A stretch of DNA of 49,172 nt, the filler included, from Sphacelaria rigidula (Eukaryota): the NCBI GenBank assembly GCA_964200075.2. It is 2 parts of 2 records of this genome, joined end to end, with 100 filler letters (N's around TTAATTAATTAA, not from the genome) between each part and the next. Parts side by side here need not be neighbours in the genome. Positions count along the whole stretch, not along the records: positions 1 to 24,540 come from CAXNAA020000199.1; 1 more part is not named here. The stretch is one strand, 5' to 3'. Shown here piece after piece: positions 1 to 12,800 of this stretch. Numbering within the stretch: position 1 is the stretch's first letter; every line of letters begins with the position of its first letter. The notes under the pieces were generated by a model. That model ran no database searches, had not been told where the DNA came from, and was given only the letters and a program-made list of their open reading frames with translations. A program made the position numbers and the translations under genes.

Positions 1-70
1 CTCTGTGACCACGGGTTCGAGAGATCGAGCTAATGTGATGGACGTAATAATAGTAATAATAATAATAACA
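1..70 (+). repeat. Probable 3' end of a non-LTR retroelement with (TAA)n tail
   Basis: Short unique segment followed by taataatagtaataataataataa; truncated by window start. Confidence 0.35.
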
Positions 71-801
71 CCCCCGAGCACTATGTGCTAGTGTAAATAA
101 GTACGTTTTACTATAGGATAGTGACCCAACAAAAGCTCGGGGCAGTGGGATCGGCCCTGTATAAAATGCAAGTGAACGATAAAAAAATCGGGAAAGCAAG
201 CCCCGACCACTTGGGCTTTCTTTTGCTTGGAAGGCTTTTTTGGGGGCCAGGGACAGGGTACACATACCAACTTAGCAGTGACATCACTCCCGACGACAGC
301 CCCCCCCCACTGGTCGTTCGGATGTGGTCGATAAATTCGCCTCGGTCTGATTGGGCAGGTCGCTCCCAGACTTTGTGTTTATTATTATTTTACTAATATA
401 TGGTGAAGCCCTTGTTACTGAGCTTCAGTCCCAAAAGGGTTAAGTATATTCGTGGCATTCTGAATCAGGTACACCTGATGAAATGGCAGAGACAGGTATC
501 CAAAGGAGGAAAAAACAGCGAGACGTTCAAGAGAAAATTGCGTTATAGGCTCAATGATCAATATTTTTCGATTCTTGAGTGATTCCTGACAACGACAACA
601 TCTACTTGGAATACATGGAGGAGGGATCGTTCACATCTACCCAGTGACTCAGTTATCCCCCCAAAATTGACCAAATTGCGTCCTCTGAAGGTCGAATGTC
701 GGAGCAGAAATGGGTTATATAATGCCAGTACCCCGGTTGATTGCAACTTCTACAACGTCCAAAACAAGGAAGGGATGGACAAAGACGACGACTCGTCTCA
801 C

Positions 802-895
802 TCGATTTCCTCCTCCATTTTGGCACACATTGCACTGGCTCCTTCCAGGTCTTGCTCCCGAGCCTCCAAAGATACTTTCAGCGCCGACAATGCTC
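802..895 (-). CDS. SMC exon (second coiled coil)
   Basis: aag|GA GCA...ATC GA|gtgaga; ALSALKVSLEAREQDLEGASAMCAKMEEEI. Confidence 0.82.
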
Positions 896-3800
896 CTTGC
901 GATTTCCCTTGTACACACCAACCCGTAAAATACGAGTTGAAGTTACGCGCGAGATCAAGAAAATAATACAAAAACACAGAACGAAAACGAGTAGAAAATG
1001 ATTTCAGGTTACCTCGCAAAATCTTTCTTGCCGTTTCAGACGATAACCGAATGATACAATTCTCTACCTGACGAAAGAAAACGAAAATATTATTCGAAAA
1101 GCTCGGTTTTGGATGGACAAAAATAGTGCAAGAGAAAATATCGTTACTTTTTGCTCCAGCGCAGTACTCGGTGGTCAATCTACGACTGCTGAACACGGTC
1201 CTGAGCCAGGGCAGGCTCGACGTTTCATCAAATGTACACACACAAAATGGTCAGCATGAACACCATTCGTCTTGCTAGTGACTGGTAATATGGAAACCGA
1301 AAACAGAGTCAAGAACCGGCAAGTACTTTCAAGAAAATCAAATGCGTGCAACACATATGTACATACATACATTACGCTCGGCATTGGAGTACATAATGTG
1401 CATACGGTCAGGCTTCACCTGTTGTTGTATGATGGACGTTCAGATTTCCAGTCACCAGTACATCGCAACGAGCTCTCTATGCACAAGAACACCACCTGTT
1501 TCTGTCGCGAAGCTGCCGGCAGCGGTGGCAGCTGTAGAGCCAGAAGACGCGGCCGTGTCGCTCTTCATCTCCCCTCCGTTGTTCGAAGCAAGGTGTTTCA
1601 TGTCGAGTCCCGCCCGCTCCGCGTCCACCCACCGTAGGTTTTCGCGCGCCGCAGCAACAATTCTCTCGCTTTCCGAGAGGCGCTGGGTGCACTGCATCAA
1701 CGGTTCATCGCAGCAGGAATATTTTCGTGTTTTCCCCCGAAAGCAATCTAAACGGTTGAACAACGCATGTTTTGACGACACCATCGATCGGACGAGAGGC
1801 AGCACAGGACACGCACACGCACCCCCACTTAGCGGGTACGATGCGAAAACGGAGAGAAGCGAAGGAAATCGACTAGACCAACAGGTGGCCGCAAGCACCC
1901 GTGTGGGTGTATTTGCGTGTTGTTTGGTTGTTAGGCGCGACGGTGCTGTGCTGAAGACCGAAGCAATTCTGCCCGTATATACAGACGGGTGTATTTTTGT
2001 TTCAGGTATTTTGTGTTATGCGTGTGTCCGGCAATACGGCGCTAAGGACAGAAGGGACCGACCGTCTCACATGTAAGGACACAACATCGATTATCCGCAC
2101 TTGAAAAAATATACTGATTCTAGAGTTGACCGAAAGGGGTACTCCCTTTAGTACGCATTGCAAACTTTCCCTCCACTGTGTACAGCGAATCGCTAAATAT
2201 CATCACGTTTTGCTTGTCGCACACGTACAAATGTGGAACATCGACACCATAGCGAAAAGAGAGAAAAAAATGTCCACCTCACCTTTGCTTCGCCGACAGA
2301 GGACCTGCTCGATCCTTCCGCTCTGAAGCTCAGTACCCAGCAAAGCGAATGAAACAAGAATATATGTGAACTGGTTGTTCCTCAAGTACATACCTCTTCA
2401 TGCTCTCGCTTCAGCCTGGCACGCCGTGCCTGCAGGCGTGCAAGCTCCGTTCCGGATTGAAGACGCCGCGTCAGGTCCCTGGTGCGAGCGCGCAGGAGGC
2501 AAAACACCCATGCCAGTGAGAGCAGCCAGGGATTCGGCCAGAATCGATCTGTAACGAAATCAGCATTACTGGGAAAGCTATTTTTCCATTAGCATTCCTC
2601 TGGCAAGTGGCCGTCCGCGCCCCAACCCCCCCCCCCGACCCCCCCTCGATCACGGGGTAAAATAGAATGCATGCGATCCTTTTGTATTCCGTCGCTTTTG
2701 ATTGATTTTACCGCGGACGACTTCGAGAGTATCGAGAACAGGGCAGCGCAGCACCGGGGATACGATGATGGTTTCACGAACCGGAACATCGTCACCAAGA
2801 TTGCTCGCATAACAAACCATGAAAAACTGTGACGCAAAGCTAATAGCATCAATGAAAAACAAAACAAAAATACAAGCGGCCGGGCAAAAACGGACCCCTT
2901 CCCGCACCCCCTTCTGTCTCGTGATGGTATCCTGTCTAGCACGACACGTCCGTGCCCTGCGAGCAAACTCCCTGGCTGAAACGCGACAGATAAGTGACTT
3001 TTATACCTGAATCTTCAAAACAATGGTGTACAGAGATGCAAGCTCCACATCTACTACCCTAACCGGTACAACCCAACCCTGCATAGACCTTCAACACCCC
3101 TTCGGGTACCGCAGTACGGGATTCGGGTTATCAAGGGAGGATCAAGAAGGTTACAGCACACCTCTTCCACATGAAATAGAAGGATCCAGTATTTTACGAA
3201 CATGGTGCACTTCGCATGGCTTGTGATAGGGTTAGGTTCTATTCATGCCTGGATCCCTCCGCGCATGCCTCAAGTGCTTCAGTCCGCTCCGTGTATGTGC
3301 GCACCGCAAGGTCGAACTCGGCCTTCGCCCGCAACTTGGCACCCTCTCCCCATGTCTCTCCACCGACCACTTCTCCTGGAGCGTGACGGACACAATGAAC
3401 TGTAATGCTACTCTGCCGGAGCTCTGACAAGAGCAACGCGCTCACCTCGTCGCTTTGAGTGAGGGGAGAGACGGTGAGAGAGGAAGGATGAGGGTTGAAG
3501 AACGTCTTTCCACGTACGCGGTACATCGTAGCATGCAGATGTGTAGGCGTACTCGGTTGTTGCATGGGAAAGGTAGCCGTATGTATTAGTCAACAAAACG
3601 AAAGTGCAACAAAAACCTCATGTGGGTTCAGCGGGAAGTGGCTTGGGACGAGGTTAGGCTGACAATACGTCAAGCCTACCACCTACTGCAGTGTGCTTTT
3701 ATCATTGTTTGGCCCATGCATGATACATGAAAAACGTTGGTAGGAGTCGTGTTACGATAGGAGTGCATAAATGTTTTCTGGGCCGGCGTACTGGAGTTAG

Positions 3801-6800
3801 ATATAGACTCTCGCGCACTCGCACTAGTGCTGTTTGGGTGCAGTTGCGTCTGAAGGTGAGGCGATCCCCTCGCAGGCAAACACCACAAATTGTGAAAAAT
3901 GTTTGTTCCACAACGTGAAAATACCTCAGACAAGTTTTGGCCAATAACGTGCACCCCTGCCATAGCACGACGCGTGGGCGAACAAAATGGCGATCGATCA
4001 CCGCCAGAATTGCCGCTAGAAAACTACTGTACCGCATGAAAAATCTCGGGAGCACTTTTTAAGAGTAGTGCGGAATGATCAAGGGCCGTCGTACTCCTTA
4101 TGCGTGCCGAAAAGCAGTGTTAGAAATGGTTTTTGCCCTTGCGTCTACTCCAAGTGTCTCACTCTGCAGCGATTACCCAGCCTCCTAGAGCCTTCCGCAT
4201 GGCGGCAGTGACGCTAGCGTCGGATGAATCCCACACCACCAACGACGCCGGGTCAATCACCTGACGCACACAATGACCATCGAGTACAACAACTGATTTT
4301 TTAGGGGCATGTAACGTGTTCACACACGCCAGGATCGCTCATTATCGCCCTGCCGGGGTTGTCGACTAAAGCGTACCCACGTATATCCTACAGGCTGCAA
4401 TACCGTGCGATAACAGCAGCTCCAAGTTTGATTTCACGGGTACTAGATACAAAGGCCCGTGTTAGCGGTATCCACACAACACAGTCCCATCGTCTCTGAA
4501 AGCTCTCCCCATTGTAATGTCTACGCAGTAGTTCTACTGTGTTTCTGCCGAACAGCAGAGCACAAAATCAGAACGACAACAGTACATAGAGAAGTCTCAG
4601 GCCTCGAAGTGAGTCGACCCATTTATCAAAGCCGAAAAAACGTATTCAAAGTGCTCTACCTTGACCTTGCCCGGCCATCTACGTCTCGCCCACTCCAGAG
4701 CTTTTGACACCTGCGTGCACCTTCGCTGCCATCCGTGCGCAGCACTCCTGAGGCGCTCGGCGGGCCTGAAGAGGGGAAGGGGGGATCACCGCAACCCGAG
4801 GAGTCTGCTCAGTGGACTCAGATCGCAGTCGAACTTGATGGACAATGTTCTTATTAGTGACGGGACAGGTGGTGAAGTGAAGAATCTGTGATAGATCACG
4901 CAACTGTGAATAGATTATTGCTCGTTTCTGTGACACGATGAAGGGGATAGGGCGGATTGTAGGGCTACAATGGCCGTACAAATTCAGTACTGAGCAAGCG
5001 ATGCTGCAAGTACTAGTTACTTGCGTGAGAAAGCTCGATAGAAGTGGTAGTGACTGTCATGTGAATCCCGATCTCCCAAAATGCAGAAAATATTAGTCAG
5101 TTATCGTTGTCGTCGTGGTCGTGGTGGTCGTCTACTAACACGCACTCATCCACCTACGAGGAAACGTTGTATACTAAAGCACACTACGAACTCCCCGTCG
5201 AAGCTATTTCGTGGGTTCAACGTACAGTACTGCAGTAAGTACGCTACAAGTAGTTGCAACGATGAGGATACTTCGCTTGAATTTCATGTCGACAAGCGTT
5301 ACCGTCGCACTTGCCATACTCTTAGACCAGCCCCATTGGCGTTGGCTAGATCAAGCGCTTCGTCGGCCTCCTTGGACGATGCACAAATCCACACCGTCAA
5401 AGAGCCCGCTGCGCCGCATGGCATCGAAAATTCAGGCGGGCAGACGTTACGGTCAAGTCTGAAATATGAAATCGGGGAGGTCCACAAGGGAATTGTAAAA
5501 ATATTGCATGGGCCGAGAACGTTATGCGGCTACTAGCGGAATACACGACGAGATAAACGTCTACGGTCGTAATTGAAAACGGTGGACACACTAGTGCCTC
5601 ATGTTACTTCGCCCATTGACTTTGTGCCGTGGGGAGAACGCGACGCCCCTCCTACCAGTCAGCAGCAAAACGCCGATAACGAAGCAAAACTCTCTTGATG
5701 CCCAACTCGGGTTTCTGCTCGGTGAACAGATGAGACACAAAAAACCCCACGAATATTCCATGGTTGAAAAGAAACATGTAAAAAAACAACGGCACATGAA
5801 ACAACACGACACTGACGCAAACAATCATAGTAAACTCCTGTCATCAATGAATGAGCAAATCCGCAACAAACACAGTCGGATACGACCCCTCTCCCCTTGC
5901 CTCTCCTCCTCTGGCGCCCCTCCCCGCCCGCTGGCCTATCACGTGCACTCACACAACAGCGATGCCAAACCCTGAAAGCACTTCTCCGCATTGCTATCCT
6001 GCTGCTTCAACTCGAACAGCTCGAACAAGAACCCTCGGTGACCCTGCTGCTGCGGCGAAGCTGCTCTGTTGGCATTCTCCCGCCCACCAATACCACCACC
6101 ACGGTCGTCATCGTGAATCACAGCAACATTGGAATCGTTTGCCACTGCGGCGGCGGGGGCGAGTAGTCGAGAGCACCATTCCGGGGTGCCCAGGCGCCGG
6201 CGGGCCTCACCACAAGCCTGTCTCGCTGCCTCGATATCGTTTGAAAGATGGAGGTGCCTCGATCGTTGGACACGACGTTGTTCCTGATGAATGCGAAATA
6301 CGTGATGCAATGATGCCAGAAGTGGGAGGTAGGTGAAGCACATATGTACTTTAACGGCAAGATTAAAACAACACTTGTGATGACACGAATGCAGGGATGT
6401 CCTACACTGATGCGCGGCTATCATGGCGGATTTGTTTCATGTCTACTGCAGTAGAGGCTGAACTCATTCCGTCCACAAGGTGGGGCTGCCCGCACTGCTG
6501 TCTCACAGTAACCGACAGTACAACAGCAGTGCAGTAGCCATGATCGCGCCAACAGTGACTGCCGTCGTACGTGAATGAGGTCAACACATGCAACTGAAGT
6601 CGAACTGTTCGTTGCTGAACAGTACAGTAGAGTCTGATTTAGCTCGCGCATAAGCGAGGGCCCGCCAGCTGCATTATTCCATGTTCGTTCCGAACAACCA
6701 GAATATTTTTCACATCGTTGTTCGAATGTTGCTGTGTCTGGATCCGCACAGCCTGGGCGTACGTAAACCGTACGCACACGCGTCTGAAGGGTTTCTTAGT

Positions 6801-9800
6801 ATTCTCCTCTTGGCAAAAACAATGAGTAGGAGACGCCCTTGTAGGGCATCCACCCACACGATGATGTCAAACAACTTTGAAGGACGCGAAATGAACAAAA
6901 CTCGGTTTGGAATTGCCATCCACGTGTTTGTGTGCCGTTTGATCGTCATAGCAAGAGATTTGAGTGAGACGTTGAACGAAACATTCGCAGCTTATGGAAG
7001 TGCGGGCACTTGCGGGGTAACGACTTTCATTCGTTGACATTTTCACCGTGGGAAGCGTGAGAACGTGAGTAAACAAAGTAGTTGACTGAGTTTGTTTGAC
7101 GTGAGTTAGCGCGGTGCGGGAGTGCTGACCCAATCCGCGAGACCAAAATGTAAGGCGTGTACCGGGGAGAGATAGGTTGATCCCTTGAGACCACGGACTC
7201 GTCCCGAGGAAGGGAGGGGTGCAAAGTGCGACAAATACAAAATAAATTAAGAAATAATGAATAATGAATAATGAATAATGAATAATGAATAATGAATAAT
7301 AAACAATATATAATATATAATATATAATACATAGTATATATTATATAATATATCATATATCATAAATCATAAATAATGAATAATGAATAATGAATAATGA
7401 ATAATGAATAATGAATAATAATTAACAATTAACAACTGATAATTAATAATTAATAACTAATAAATAATAAATGATAAATAATAAATAATAAATAGTAAAT
7501 AGTAAATAGTAAATAATGAACAATACATAATAAATCATACATAATAAATCATACATAATAAACAATACATAATACATAATACATAATACATAAGAAATAA
7601 TGAATAATGAATAATGAATAATGAATAATAAATAACAAATAATGAATAATATCAGCACGTGAGCACACCAATATATTCAGAACAATAGTCAACTGACCTG
7701 CAGCCCGTTGTCGTGAAAATTGACGTGAACGATCCTCACCTCTATCCCTCGAAGGTGCTTCTGAACGTCTTCGGTGCTGTGAAGCGGAGACCCAACCCGC
7801 TTCATGCTCTCCCAAACCTACCAGGAAGGAGGGTGGAGGGCGTGCCAGTTACACGAGTGTTTCGGCTGGCGCATTATCACGCACTTGCCGCCATTCGGCG
7901 CGCGGGTTCTGTCGACGTTCACATGCTAGCATCCATCCATCCCGCCCTATCCCAATAATCCACAGACACAACCTGCACATAAACGGGGAACGCTTCAGTT
8001 TTTGGATGAAGTCACACTGAATTGAATTCATCCTTTGAGCGTCCGTGCTGGTCGTTCCGTAAGCACTTCACGGCGGACAGCCCCCACGAATTTGAGGAGG
8101 TCGAGAGTGAACGTCAATCTTCGATATGGCGAATGGTCTGCAGCTTATGTGTTGATGAATACTAGTGGCACAGGAGCGCTCCAGGAAAATTCTCAAAAAT
8201 GACTTGAGAGTCAACGGGAATGGCTCTAGAATTCGTTGCCGGATTGGCAGGCGGCGAGTGTCGTAGCCGATCATTTCCAACTGTAATTTTTGCGGGCGCC
8301 CACTCGATGCCAGGCCACACACAGTGAATGGCGCGCCCGCCGGCGATGGCTATTTGGAAGGGTCCTCGTGAATGCATGACTTAGTGTATTGGCGCCATCG
8401 TCACCCACGATGGTCTCCACGCATCATGAGCAACGCGCTCAGGGCAGCTTTGGGTTCGTGGCTCAAACCCGAAGGATCATGACACACGGGAGCCCGCAAC
8501 AACGTTTGTCTACGCAGACCCTTGTAGGCGGGCATTTTAGAGGATCCTCGTGTACTTGCATTATATATTGTACAGGCGACATCGCCTCATACGATAGTCT
8601 CCACGCATCACAAGCAATACGTTCAGAGCAGCCATATGGGTTCGTGGCTCAAAGCCCAAAGCATCATAACACACGGCATCCCCCGACTCCGTTGTTTCCA
8701 TACAGACGCTGCCGCTCCACCACAAAACAGCGGTGTCCAACTGAAAGCCCAAGTACCCACTACGGCGCTCAAAGGGCCAAAAGATACGTCTATATATTCA
8801 AAGTTCATATCTTGACCTACGTCGTCCTGATACTTCGCGGAGGGGTGGTCAATTGAGCATCGTTTGTAATTGTCATGACTGGAGTACGGAAGCGTTTTCT
8901 CGAAAATCTAGAGAAAAATCGTACAGGTGAAGGGCTACGAGGAAGCGAGGTGACACCAAGGGGAAAATATCACCACGGGATGTCCGCAGCAGCTCATGAG
9001 GGTATCGGACATGGCAAGAAGTCAGATACTACAGGAGACTGCATGACAATGTCCGAGGTCGTCTTCATCAAGGATAGTCGTCGATACGTTTCTCTCTGGA
9101 CGGATGCGTTACTCTGGTGCCATTCAACCGCCGTCGAAGGGTTCATTTTGTACCTCGTCCAAATCCCCTGCTACCGCTGCTACCTCCGATCTCCGCGCCG
9201 ACACATCTGCTTCCGCGCGGGACGCGGCGGACGAGGCCGTGACGTGGCGCGCCTCAGCACTGGCAACGACCGCTTTGTGGTCATCGTCCAGTGATTGACG
9301 CACCGCCCTCAGGGCTTCCTCAGGGTTGCCTCGGCTGGGATCAAAAGGTGCCAAAAATGGCGCGAGCACACACATGGATACGGCAGTACACTTGATCTGT
9401 AGCGTGGCACGTTGTTGAGGTTCCGACGTTAGAGGAGCAGGGTTGACAGAGCTCAACCAAGACTGATTTTATGGCCTGTGCATCGCCCTTGTGTTTATTT
9501 GCACAGGACACACAGAGGACAACTATTCGATTGAACGAGCCAGCAGATAGTGAACAGCACATTCCTTCATCCTCCATGTGAAATTGAAGTACCCCGTAAC
9601 GAGTCTAAGCTGCAAAGCGAAAGACCGTCCAACGATTGCTACGGGAATTACCCCAGATCATTGCCTCTCGTCACGCAGCGCTCCGAGCACAAATACAACG
9701 CTAGCCGACGCAAAACAGTACCATTATGCAGGGATCACAATTCAACATTGCACGCACAGGCAGCTTCACCTGTCCTACTGTTGACAAACAAAACTTTGCG

Positions 9801-12800
9801 ACACACACAAAATATTCATAAAACAAAAGACAAACACACCTTCCTTCCGCAGCCATCAGCCTTGACCGCGTCCTACGAACCTCCTCCTCCAGCCGTCCTC
9901 TCCGCTCTCGAAGGCTCACAATCCTGTCCCTCAGCACGGTAGATTTCGCCTCGAGGCCCCGTCTTTCTCTTTCAGAGTCCTGAAGTATTCGCCCCCACTG
10001 AGCGTCGAGTCCTTCCTTCTCTCGGAGAGCGACGGTTTCCAGCTTAGCCTTTGCGTGTATGTAGTGGACATGGGGAGAGAAGACTACGAGGTGACGCGCA
10101 TGAAACTGGTTAATCGCACAACGTATTTCGCGATCGTCGAGCTAGTCGTCATGATCAGTCATATGGCAGCGTATTTGTAGTTTCACAGAATACAGGACGA
10201 GAAAATGTGGGCGCTCTGTATGCGTTAATATTGTAGAGGTTGATGCGCTGTGGGTGCGGTTGCACCGAGAGATTTGTTTATAGATATTCTGAGGCGGCTA
10301 TTGCAAGAGAAGAGAGAAGGCGTTTGTGTGTGTGAGGTCAGCGTGCTACACAGCTATTTGCTTTCGACGGTAGCGAAACTCGAGACGCATGGGGGAAGAA
10401 GTGTCTGCCAGCCTTAACGAGAGCCACACGTACCACTATTACACCGCACAAAAAATCGCAATGAAAACAGATACACAATACAGCGAATAATGCGCAAAAA
10501 GCAATCAATCGCGTCTACCTGGATGGTAATGGCATGCGCTCTGTTGCCACATCACCTCTGTCGAAGCTTGGACCAGGTCTGTTAGTACCCCCAAGAGCTT
10601 CTTTTGCAACGCTTCGCTGCCGTCCTGATCGTCCTGGCCGCTTCTTCTCTCGCCAAGCCGGGTCATCTCGCTCTGCAGTGCGCGAAATTGTTCCTCCAGC
10701 TCCTTTTTGTCGCTTTCTAGGGTCTATGCGTAATGTTGAAAGTGTTTCGCAAAGCGTTCATAGGCACCAATGGGGTATAGAGGCTGTACGTCATACCTCG
10801 TACTGTATTGCTGCCTCAGAGTTGGTCAAGAAAAAATGGTCCACCGAATGCGAAGGGAAATCTGTGTATCTTCAGTATTGGGAAACCTATTTCTTTTTAC
10901 ACTCGCTGTTTTTCCCATGGACAGCACCAACGAGGCGATGTGTCTTGGCTGACCTGATGCAACCTGACTGTCGAAACGATGAGACAAGACGCAACACGCG
11001 TCACTTCGAGCACAGCCCACATAGGCAACGACATTATCTCGCCATGTTTCTGATGGCCGGGCCACATCACGTTTACTTCGTATGAGATGAACAACCGGCT
11101 TCAAGCAAGGCGAGAAAAGGCGCGAGTCACGACAAAAAGAGGTGCGGGCAAATATAATCCTTCTTTCACCTCCAGTTTAGACGTAAGGCGTTCCACAAGC
11201 CCCGCTGCGGCTCTCTCTTCCGCCTTGGCTATGTCATGGTCGAGGATCTTCATTTTAGCCGGGATGGAATCTAGCTCTTCCTCAATCTGCGTATTACACG
11301 GTGGGAGTACGGGTACCGTGTGGACGAAATGACATCGATTGTACCCTGATGTCCTCGAAATACGTGAGTGTCTGCTCGAGCCCACATGGTACGCGATATC
11401 TTGTAAACGGTGGAGAAAAAACAGCGGGGCCGACTGACGATCCGTATGAAATTTCTCAGTATACATGAAACATATAGTGCACCAGGTCAGCATTTGCAGG
11501 CGACACTTCCTGTTGACTTGGGGCAGAATTTGGCCACATTGTATTCGAAAAAAAGACGACACGAATATTGCGCGCTGCGGACGTCTGCGACACATCACAG
11601 GTCGACAGCACAGACAGGACATTCCCGGATATATTTCTCGAAAGCGCGAAAACAACTAGGCAAGGAAAAAAACGATGGCAGCCGTGATCACCTCACGGAC
11701 TCTGTCCATGGCCTGAAGATGTGCTCCCTCCTTGCCCACCGTCTCTTCCAGTGCCTTCCGTTCATAGACCGAACAAGGGTCAAAATGAGGCACAAGACGC
11801 AACGAGGTTGATACAACCGACCAACAACACGGAAGCGAGAGAGGGCGCGGGGGGGGGGAGGGGTACTCATGATCATGCATGCCATAGTCATCAGACCATT
11901 GACCTCGCATCCCTACAAAGCCGGGACGACGCCGGGTTTTCATCGGACCAGGCTCGCACTCAATCACCAAGCGCGAAGCGCCGTGGTGTGTTCGGTGAGT
12001 CGCATGAAGGGTGAGCTACATCCTGCTAAGTAAAAATATTCGGCCCGAAGCTTACTGATTATCTTGCCTTCGGATGACAACCTACAATGAGCTGCTGCAT
12101 TCTCTGGTATCGCCGATTCCAGAGACAGCCACGGCTTAGACGCTGCCTCGTGGGTGTCTCATCATCATTTATACACTACGTTGTACGATCATCCCCATTG
12201 TACGGAGTTGAGATTCTCCCACGCCGCACAACATGATCTAGCTCCACTACGATCATGGTTACCGCAAAAAAAAAACGCATGCGCGCAAAACAAACGGTAA
12301 CCTGGGCACCTAGCTTACGCAGTGAGTGGCGTGAAATATAGCGTCACCGACAACCGACGCCAACCCCATCGGGGGTTCGCCCCTACAAAGCCGCGACGGA
12401 GCACGCCGGGTTCTCGCAGAACCAGGCTAAGGGGTGGGGGTGGGGGGGCGTACTCATTTGTTGCTTGCCTTAGTCGTGTGACCATTGACCACGCATCCCT
12501 TTCGACGCGGGGGGAAGGGGGGGGGGGAGACACACAGAGAGACACAGAGGGACAAAACACAACAAGAGTGAGGGTGGGATCGTGTGTATTGCACCCACGC
12601 TGTCGTCGCATATGCTGCGCAAGAAAGATCGGGTTTCACGCACACACCGCATGCATCGAAGCACACTGCAATCTGTGCCTGGGTGACGTTGGGCAGCAAT
12701 CTCTTTTACTTGATTGCCGCCGCTGCACCACACTTTACTCACACAGCTACGCATACCCTCTTCTCGCTAAGCGTACGACCCTACACAATCCGCCAGCACA

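Noticed and set aside
1342-2076. 244-aa plus-strand ORF
   Set aside because: Antisense shadow of an SMC exon plus intron sequence; no motif.
6700-6757. Extra SMC exon AVRIQTQQHSNNDVKNIL
   Set aside because: Weak donor (gttgtt) and not needed for phase continuity; left out of the model.
7027-7658. Hydrophobic Y/I/L-rich ORFs resembling membrane proteins
   Set aside because: Translations of the AT-rich microsatellite.
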